Below are positions 1 to 9,156 of a stretch of DNA of 64,000 nt, in pieces. The translations under genes were made by a program, and so were the position numbers. The stretch comes from Azolla caroliniana (Eukaryota; Plantae; Polypodiophyta): positions 22,072,001-22,136,000 of the forward strand of contig JBHGNT010000009.1 of assembly GCA_043228905.1 (NCBI GenBank), read 5' to 3'. Position 1 is the first letter of the stretch. Every line of letters begins with the position of its first letter. The notes beneath the pieces are model-generated. The model ran no database searches, was not told the origin of the DNA, and was given only the letters and a program-made list of their open reading frames with translations.

Positions 1-1120
1 TTGCCATGTGTTGGAAGACTGCGGGTGCATTGGTTAGGCCAAACGGCATAACAGTATACTCGAAATGCCCATACCGCGTGCGAAAAGCGGTCTTCCACTC
101 ATCTCCCGGTCGGATCCGCACGAGATTATACGCTCCTCGTAGGTCGATTTTAGTAAAAAACTTGGCACCATTAACTCGCTCTAAAAGACTTGATATAAGA
201 GGAAGTGCATACCTATTCCGGATGGTGACTTTATTCAATCCGCGGTAATCAACGACAAGACGAAGTGAGCCATCTTTCTTCTTGACAAAGAAGATGGGTG
301 CACCGGCCGGAGATTTCGAATGACGGATGAACCCGCTTGCCAAGTTCTCCTCTATGTAGGCTCGAAGGACTTCTAACTCGGTGGGTGACAAGTTGTAAAT
401 TGGTCCCCATGGTGGCTCGGTTCCTGGTTGTAAATCGATGGGACAGTCATAGGGACGGTGATGAGGAAGGGTACCGGCTTTTACCTTGTCAAATACATCG
501 GCATAAGGATGATATTTTGTCGGAAGTTGTATTGAGGAGTCCTTCTTAATAGTGCTAGAAGGATGTACTGATATGGCAAATAGGAACATTGCCTCCTTGG
601 GTCCTTCTTCGCGTAGTTGATGGAGTGAAATGGTCGAAACTCGGTGAGTTGCTTCTTGGGGTGGTCGATATCGGACTTCTCTTGTTCTCCAATCTATGGC
701 TGGATTATGTAATTCAAGCCATGGTAATCCTAGGACAATGGGATGCTCTGGACTACTTATTATATTAAATGATATTATACACACAAAACTACCTAGGACA
801 ACTTGAATGGGTTCTGATTCTTCTACAATATTCCCGGAAGCAATGGGATGACCATCAATGACCACTACAGATGCGGGACAAGGAAGTTTTCTTAAGGATA
901 TCTGAGAAGCTTGGGCAAAATTTCGATCCATGAAACAGGAATTAGCTCCAGAATCTAAAAGTGCTAGGACGGGTACTGGGGGAGTACTTTTAGTACTAAC
1001 AATGACTTGGGCTAGGAACACATTGCTAACTTGCTTGGAAGGAATGGAACCACTAATGGGCTGTACAGATCTAGGGCTGCTGTCCAACCAAATGGCTCCT
1101 ATTTTGGCTGGACTCAATCG
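1..1120 (-). CDS. pol: pol (aspartic protease + RT N-terminus), -1 frame relative to gag, partial
   Basis: Manual translation is open from the slippery site to base 1: ...[13 protein letters not shown] (protease)...PIVLGLPWL...[23 protein letters not shown]...[43 protein letters not shown] (RT). Absent from the ORF track because no stop lies in the window. Confidence 0.92.
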
Positions 1121-2271
1121 TTTAACTCTTCATCTAATTGACTAAGGATTTCAAATTTATTTGAGATACTTGGGCTATTAGTACTATGAATACTATCTGA
1201 CACTCTATTAGTACTATTAATACTATCAGACACTCCAAAGGGAAGAATTGACTCGGGTTTAGTACAGGCGACGATTTGATTTACCTGTCTTCTTGGCCTA
1301 TGGGGACAATTGATGGCGATATGTCCTGGTCCACCGCAATAAAGACATAATCGATTGACACGTCGTCGTTGCTTTTCTTCTTCCGATAACGGGCCGCGTC
1401 GACGCATGGTATTGATCTCCATCGGTGTCGAAGTATTTGCTTGAGGTATGTCTCGTGCAAACGGTTTAGCCGCGACTGCGGCGTAAGTGGGCTCTGGCCT
1501 AGAGCATGGTATCTGTAATTGACGTTCTGAACGCCGTTCAAAAAGGCGGTTGTCACATCGAACTGCTCGACTGATTGCCTCCGTAAGAGACTTTGGTTCT
1601 TCGGGGAAAGTTAGAAGTAGATCTTTGACATCGTTTCGCAAGCCATAGCGAAACTGCTCCATTAGTGCTTGATCATCCCAGGGTATATCTGAAGCAAGTA
1701 GGCGGAAATCCGCCGCGTAGGCAGAGGCTGGACGATCGCCTTGACGCAATCGCCGGATCTTGTTGATCGCCGTCCTGATGCTGTCGGTGTCTCCGAAGCA
1801 GGCTTTAAACTCACCAATAAAATCTTCAAAGTTATTAAGTAAGGGTGATTGTTTTTCTAGAAGCGGAGCAAACCATGCCAAGGCTGAGCCGCTAAGTAGC
1901 GTGCCTATTAGGCCGACTCGAGATGCATCAGTGGGATATCGGGAAGGATGCATCTGGATGACTAAGCGTACCTGATTAAGGAATCCCCGGAATTGCGAAC
2001 GCGTTCCATCAAATTTCATAGGAAGTCCAATCTTGGGCTCTTTATGAAATCCTTGGGGACTGGATCCTTGTTGTTGCAACGCTGCTTCGAGTTGTTGTAC
2101 CCGTAACGCTAACTCCCCATGTTGTTGTTGCGTTTGTTGTTTTTCCATAGCGATTTGTTGCAGATCCCCTATCAGCCGTTGGTTTTCTTGTTCCAGGGCA
2201 ACAAACTTTTCTTTTAGGCACTGTAGCTCGGAGAAAACGGATTGGTATTCTTGGGCGCTAACCGTAGCCAT
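1114..2271 (-). CDS. gag: Gypsy gag (coiled coil, capsid, CCHC zinc knuckle)
   Basis: 385-aa ORF with [27 protein letters not shown] and [14 protein letters not shown], typical of PEG10/Tf1-sushi-type gag. Confidence 0.93.
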   Translation of the reverse strand: MATVSAQEYQSVFSELQCLKEKFVALEQENQRLIGDLQQIAMEKQQTQQQHGELALRVQQLEAALQQQGSSPQGFHKEPKIGLPMKFDGTRSQFRGFLNQVRLVIQMHPSRYPTDASRVGLIGTLLSGSALAWFAPLLEKQSPLLNNFEDFIGEFKACFGDTDSIRTAINKIRRLRQGDRPASAYAADFRLLASDIPWDDQALMEQFRYGLRNDVKDLLLTFPEEPKSLTEAISRAVRCDNRLFERRSERQLQIPCSRPEPTYAAVAAKPFARDIPQANTSTPMEINTMRRRGPLSEEEKQRRRVNRLCLYCGGPGHIAINCPHRPRRQVNQIVACTKPESILPFGVSDSINSTNRVSDSIHSTNSPSISNKFEILSQLDEELND

Positions 2272-2342
2272 AGTATAGGGAAAAGGGTAGGAGGATGAGG
2301 GAGAGTGACAAGTAGGCTAGAGGAGGAAAAATTGGTTCAAAC

Positions 2343-2781
2343 TGTCAGGAATAGTACTAAAACAGAGATGGAATTAGTACTAAGAACAGCAGTACTATTA
2401 GTACTAAGAGGACAGGACTGCGTAAGATTCCCGAGAGAGGAAGTGAGAAGAGGAGAGAGAGAGAGATAGCGAGAATGAGAGAGAGAGAGAGATGATGACA
2501 ACAACTATATATTATGTGAAAAGATAAGTACAAGCGGCTAAGAGGCTTAAGACTGGCGTTGAACCAATTTGGTTCAAAACAATGCCTTGTGCCTCCTTTT
2601 ATAATGTTTTTAGGAATAATCCTGAAGCTTCTAGAATGTTCCAGAGAGATCTGGAATATACATCAATTTTCTATGATAAAGTATAAATGAAAATAATATC
2701 CTACAAAATACAATTCATAATCTAATGGTAAGAGCTCGACCCATGTAGCATAAAGTCATGGGTTCGAGTCTTGCCATGACA
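2343..2781 (-). repeat. 5' LTR of Gypsy element 1 (439 bp)
   Basis: TG...CA ends on minus strand, TATAAAA at 2603-2597, and clear similarity to the LTRs at 23985-24375 and 29436-29864. Confidence 0.9.
2718..2777 (+). ncRNA. tRNA-like (A box/B box) module inside the LTR U3 tip, antisense to the element
   Basis: TAATCTAATGGTAAGAG (D-arm/A box), 18 nt, AAGTC (variable loop), ATGGGTTCGAGTC (T-arm/B box). The anticodon arm does not pair, so this is not a functional tRNA. Confidence 0.6.
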
Positions 2782-3269
2782 GGAGACAATGATAGAGGTT
2801 CATGAAAGTACCAATGATTGATTACTAAAAGCAACAATTTTTATGACTCTCAAATGCTGTGTATTAAAGATGTTGGCATGAATTAACCAATGATTGATAA
2901 GTCTGATATTTAAAATGGTGAGCATTAAAGAACCAATGAGTGAGACGTTCTATATCAAAATGGGTGCCATTAATTAGCCAATGATTTTAACATTAATCCA
3001 ACATATTCATGGCTTGTTAATGATTAGATTTATATTATACTTGATTTAACTTCATATAGATGTAGTTTATATAATATTTGATATTTTAAGTACAATTACT
3101 ATATTAAAAATAAATTTTTGATTATTGTATTAATAGAATATTACATGATATAGACATTCTATTGATTTGGCTTTTGTTTAGAGAGAAGTTTATGTTTAGA
3201 GAGGAGCTTATTAGTTTTTTTCCTTACCCTAAGCACATAACTTACAAAGCCCTATCTAGACCTTAAGCC

Positions 3270-6047
3270 ATGAGTGAAGATTCACCGTTCTCGATTGAAG
3301 AATATTGTTTGTCATCAGACTCATCGTTTTCTACTGAAGAGTATTGTTTGTCAACAGAGTCACCATATTCGATTGAAGAATATTGTCTGTCGACCGACTC
3401 ACCATATTCTATCGAAGAATATTGTCTGAGCTCATCTACAGGGAATGTAAATAATGACACATGTGAAGAGTTCTCTATTGAAGAATACGATATTAATAAA
3501 GATACAGAGAATGAAGGTAGTGCCTAGGAAACATTGAATAACATTGGCGATGGTCACAACAGAGAATTAGATTGTAACAAGGTTACACCAACCTCTATGC
3601 AGGAAGAGAAATCTAGGAGCCCTATGCATATTAGAAGAATCCCACGAAGAATTCGTTTGGCTAGATTTAGCTTGGTTACATCAAATAAACAGATTGGATT
3701 TGATGTCAAAAAAATATGTTGTGCCCGTGGTTGTATGTCTATGATTGGAAAATCAAAGTTGCGAGAATTAAGGCGATACTATTTTTCGATGACCGGTGAT
3801 GAGCAAGACACTTACCTCGGGTCACATATGCAACTAGTATCTAACAAATGTACGGGGATCAAAGTATCATTCAAGTATTATATCTTCCATGCACAACAGA
3901 TATGTAGAGTTGCATTCAAAATTGCGTTATGTGTTAGTAACATGCGGCTACATAGAGTACAACAACGTCTACTTAGCGGGGATCAGATGCTCAATTGTAA
4001 AGAGGTTCCAAGTATGAAAGGTGCAATTGGAAGACATGCTATTGGTTGGATGAAAACTTACTTTCAGTTAAATTGTGAAGTAATGCCCACTACAGGTAGG
4101 ATGCATCTTTTTGATAATTATACACGTCGGGAAGTTTATGATGTCTATCGATCTTATATGCTGGGCTCACGTAATAAGTCTATCACCTATAGCCAATTCA
4201 CAAGATTATGGAGAGCTCGGTTTTCAAATGTTATTATTCCTCGTAAAGTATGTATGGGGTATTGCTCCATTTGTGCAAATCTTAAAAGTTTGGCTAAAGG
4301 TGCAAAGACATCAATGGAAAAGGATACGAGTAAGAAGTTACTACAAGAGCATCGTGAGGCACAATCCTTAGAACGAAAGAAGGCGATGCATCATAGAGAG
4401 AAGTGTTTGAAGAGGCCCGAACAATACATGTGCTTAATGATAGATGGCATGGACCAGAAGAAGACATGCTTGCGGCATATGCGGAGGCTCCCCAAAGATG
4501 TCAATGATGAGTGCCTTGTTCAAATGCACTTGGTGGGATGCTTGGCTTATAATAGGTCTGTTCGACCTCACGTCTTCATTACTTACCCCAATGTTCACAA
4601 TGACCCTAACCTAACAGTTACAGTGACTCACCGAGTTTTGATGTCTTGGGGCCAACCTTTCCCCCTGTTCTATACATTCAATTGGACAATACTGCTAGAG
4701 AGAACAAAAATTCAACTGTATTTGGCTATCTAAGTATGTTGGTCAACCTAGAATTGTTTAGGAAAGTGAAAGTCAATTTCCTTTTGGTTGGCCACACACA
4801 TGACCATATAGATCAGATGTTTAGCACATTCTCTAGACAGTTGTCTCGGCATGATGCTTTGACTTTACCTAACTATTTGATGTCATTTGTGATGCTTATA
4901 CACCACGTCCAAAAGTGTTACACTTGAAGGAGGTATATGACTTTAAGAGATATATATTAGATGGGGGTTGTGGGAATGTTAAAGTGCTTGCTCAGTTAAA
5001 CAATATAAGTTTCAATCACATTTTTATGATAAAGAAAAATGGAATAAGTGGTTCTACACTTTTGTATGCTAAACAATATTCATCTTCTACAACATGGGAA
5101 CCTGAAGGTGGTTGCCAGTTATTACTTTGTATGCCGAGTACAATTGTCCATGGAGCTAAGCAAATGCCAATTGAGAAGAAAGGACAGTTGCAGAGCGACT
5201 TGGTATCAGAACAAAAACGGTCATGGCTCCAAGCCTTAGAAGAAAAAAGAAAGCATATTGAGGCCGCCAAGAAATATGCCGCACAACAAGACACTCATGG
5301 TGGGATGTATTTTATAGTGATCAGAAAGAAATTATAGACAATTGTGTATATGTTGATAATTGGAATTTGGAAACGCCATTCACATGGTCGCTACAACATG
5401 ATCGCGTAAATAGAACTCCGGAGCAACTAGTAAATGCGATTAATGACAACTTGGTCCATCCACAACAAAGAGACATTTATGTGGGACCAAGGATGACCAA
5501 AGCAGCCGAAGCTAGATGGCAAGGCAATTTGCAAGAGCTCACCGTGGGGATGTTGATTGCAACGCCGGCTGATGAGAACTCATATGGCCACCAATTTTGG
5601 GTTGGTAAAATTCTAGAAGTGCTAATGCATGAAATAGAAAACACGATCAAGTCTATAAATGTTCATTGGTACAACACTAGAAGTGCAAATGCTTTTACAG
5701 GTAAGTATACATTGGAGATAATTGAATGCCCAACAAGAAGGGGAGGTAGGAAGAGGAAGCGAAACATTCGTAACACCTCGACCCTTGATATCTCTGATGT
5801 GGATATCATCGTGTACAACTTCACACTTACAAAAGTCGGACGATTAAGGAAGTCAACAATAGATATAATAAAAGAAAAATTACCAGGTCTACAAGGTGGC
5901 TCGAGTCAAAGGGAAACGAGATCTGCTACATATAATCTAGAGTCAAACCATTTGGTTTATGACGAAGATAATGCACTGATTGGTACATCCGAGGATGATG
6001 AGGAGGAATCGTCATTGTATATTAGTTATAGTAGTGATTCTCCGTAA
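3270..6047 (+). pseudogene. Sola-like (DUF7869-type) DDD DNA transposase, disrupted by a stop and frameshifts
   Basis: Consecutive ORFs 3270-3527/3534-4733 (same frame), 4646-4927, 4915-5337 and 5367-6047 carry CxxC (CSIC), LMIDGMDQ, YIQLDNTARENKN and FLLVGHTHDHIDQMFS. These are the DN..ENKN / GHT..ID motifs I associate with Sola-type transposases. Confidence 0.65.
3278..3490 (+). repeat. 36-bp coding tandem repeat (SPYSIEEYCLST), ~4 copies plus a partial
   Basis: Repeated TCACCATATTCGATTGAAGAATATTGT units at the transposase N-terminus. Confidence 0.85.
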
Positions 6048-6410
6048 AGGAGTGATCATGAATGTATATTTGGCTATTAAGTGTAACTACATTCCGCTTG
6101 TAACAAATCGAGTAATATAAAAGCATGTGTTTTGAATTCTTATGATTTCTAAAAAATCGTTTCTTATAAAATAACATTGGTTGTAAAGTTTGTGATATAA
6201 ATTGAGAATGTATCTTTTTGAAATTCGTCTTTTTTTAGTTACTTCTAAATCACGAAAATAGTGGATTTTTAACCTTTTTCATAGTATGTTTGAACATGTA
6301 TGATACTAGTATCAATGTGTTTTGTAAAATCATTGAAAAACCCCTAAAATTTCCCTTATCCTTCCATTTATGCGTGATCCTTCCACTTGTGAACGCGAAC
6401 GTGTTAGAGC

Positions 6411-9156
6411 AGTTCAAACTCAATATGGTGCAGTAGTAAAAGTGTTGAGGTCTGATAATGGAACAGAGTATGCTAACATGACATTTAGGGCATACCTCTT
6501 AGATAAAGGAATACAACATCAAACTACATGCCCATATACACCAGAACAAAATGAGTAGCAAAGAGGAAGAATAGACATCTTCTAGAGGTAACGAGAAGCA
6601 TGATGATTTCTATGAATGTCCCAAAGCAGTTGTGGGGACATGCAGTTTTGATGGCTGCCACATTGATCAATAGAATGCCCTCTAGAGTATTGGAGTGGAA
6701 GTCTCCATGTGAGTTGTTGCAAGGCAATAACTATGGAACCCTTCCTTTGAAGGTGTTTGGATGTGTGTGTTTTGTAAAGGATAGTAGACCATATGTAGGA
6801 AAAATTGATCCTAAAGCTGTAAAATGTGTATTTGTGGGATACTCTTCCACACAAAAAGGCTATGTTTGCTAGAGTCTAGTAGAGAAGAGATTATTTGTGA
6901 GCATGGATGTGCATTTCCGAGAGTCAGAGCCATATTATAAACAAGGGGTAACTTCACCCTTTGATGACTTAATTGAGACTGAAAATATGAGGGAAGGAGA
7001 TAATGGTGAGAGGTTGCTAAAAATAGGATCAATTCCTTTATGGATCCCTACATCAGCTGAGAAACAAGTGAGCGTAGGCGGTACGAAAGAAGAAGGAAAC
7101 GAAGACAAGGAGCCTATATGTGTTGGGACTCAAGCTGAGGAGGAGCTAAAGGTGTATACAAGGAAGAGGAGGCAGAAAGAAGGAAATATGAACACATCTT
7201 CAATGCCACATGTGCCATCAAGTTCCATGTCCTGACCTGCCTCGACTTTTGAAATACCTATAGAACTCCCAAACCCAGAAATCACAGGTGATATGATTTC
7301 CTTTCCTTCTCCTATAGAGATTAGGAGGACCTCTCGCAGTAATGCAAGAGTCCCTCCTGATCGTTATGGTTTTCCTCATGATATTGCTCAGTTTATCTCT
7401 TATTCTAACATATCAGCTACACATAGAACATTCACTACATCATTAGACTCTGTCACTTTACCCAAGTGTTGGCAGGTTGCTAAAGAAGATCCAAAATGGA
7501 AAGCATCCATGCAAGAAGAACTCGGAGCTCTTGAGAAGAACAAAACTTGGGAGATTGTGTCATTACCACCAGGAAAGAAGGCGGTTGGGTGCAAATGGGT
7601 GTTTACAATAAAACAGATCCCAGAGGGAAAAATAGATTGATACAAGGCACGATTGGTGGCTAAAGGATATAGTCAGACATATGGCATTGACTACGATGAG
7701 ACTTTTGCACTTGTGGCGAAGACAAGCACTGTTAGAACACTTATATCCTTAGAAGTGAATAAGGATTGGAAATTACATCAATTAGATGTAAAAAATGCAT
7801 TCCTTCATGGAGAGTTGATGGAAGAAGTGTACATGGATGTCCCCCCAAGTTTTGGTACAATTCAAACAATAGGTAAGGTTTGCAGACTAAGGAAGTCGCT
7901 TTATGGACTGAAGCAATCTCCTCGAGCCTGGCTCGACAGGTTAAGAAGGGCTATGGTGGGTATGGGATACCAACAGACAAATGCAGACCATACAATGTTT
8001 TTTCGACAACACAAGGAGCATACTACATTACTTGCTGTGTATGTGGATGATATAATTATCACGGGTAACGATGAAGGGGAAATTGCCCAACTGAAGGTGC
8101 AATTGGGTAAAGAATTTGAGGTGAAGGATCTAGGATTGCTACGATACTTTCTTGGAATTGAGGTAGCTCGTGGAGCAGAAGGAGTTGTTCTCTGTCAGCG
8201 AAAATATGTATTAGATCTTCTCACAGAAATTTGAATGTTGGGTTGTAGGCCCGTAGCTTCTCCAATCGACCAAAATATCAAGCTAACTGAACTTGCAGGA
8301 GAGAAAGTTGATCGTGAAAGGTATCAAAGATTGGTATGTTGGTTGATTTATTTGACTCACACCCGTCCAGATATTTCATTTGCAGTAAGTGTGGTAAGTC
8401 GTTACATGCATGATCCGAGGAAAGATCATATGGATGCAGTGTGCCATATTCTGAGATGTCTCAAAGGTGCCTTGGGGAAGGGATTAATCTTTAGAAAACA
8501 TGGTCATTTTAACATTGAGGGCTATTGTGATTCTAATTGGGCTAGTTGTGCTGATGATAGGAAATCCACATCAGGATATTGCATGTTTGTTGGAGGCAAT
8601 CTAGTCTCTTGGAAGAGCAAGAAACAATCAGTAGTAGCAAGGTCAACAACCGAAGCAGAGTATAGAGCTATTGCTATAGGAGTTGCAGAGATGTTATGGC
8701 TGAGAACTCTCCTAGTAGAACGAAAGGTGAATCAAGAAAATCAAATGATGTTGTGGTGTGACAATAAGTCAGCAATCAGCATTGCCAACAATCTGGTACA
8801 TTACGATAGGACCAAGCACATCGAAATCGACAGATTCTTTATCAAGGAAAAGCTTGATAATGGAATATTAAAATTGAATCATGTTTCTACTGAACATCAA
8901 GTAGCAGATTGTCTTACAAAGGAACTTGGGCCAATAAGTCTTACTAGATTGTGTGATAAGATGGGCTCAGTGGATATTTTTCGCCCATCTTGAGGGGGAG
9001 TGTTGAGAATGTTTAAAAGTTATAACGGCTAGCCCAACGGCTAGTTATTTCCAACAACTAGTTAGCCCAACGGCCATATCTTGGCCTTTATAAAGAGGAA
9101 CTTTCTCCTCATGTAAAAATAAGCGATCTTTGTATTTTCTCCCTCCAGTTGTGACA
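6411..9156 (+). mobile_element. Ty1/Copia retrotransposon, 3' part (integrase-RT-RNaseH, PPT, short 3' LTR), degenerate
   Basis: LRSDNGTEY and TPEQN (IN); GCKWVF, QLDVKNAFLHG, SLYGLKQSPR and YVDD (RT); CDNKSA, RTKHIEID and ADCLTK (RH); several premature stops. PPT GAGGGGGAG 8992-9000; LTR starts TGTTG at 9001 and probably ends GTGACA at 9156. Confidence 0.92.

Larger units (their letters stand above)
1..2781 (-). mobile_element. Ty3/Gypsy LTR retrotransposon (Tcn1/Tf1-sushi-like chromovirus), 5' half; continues beyond window start
   Basis: 5' LTR 2781-2343 (TGTCATG...TGACA), intact gag, and protease and RT N-terminus open to position 1. Close relative of the chromodomain-bearing element at 23985-29864. 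Confidence 0.93.

Noticed and set aside
2718-2777. Functional tRNA gene
   Set aside because: Acceptor and anticodon stems do not pair; kept only as a tRNA-like module.
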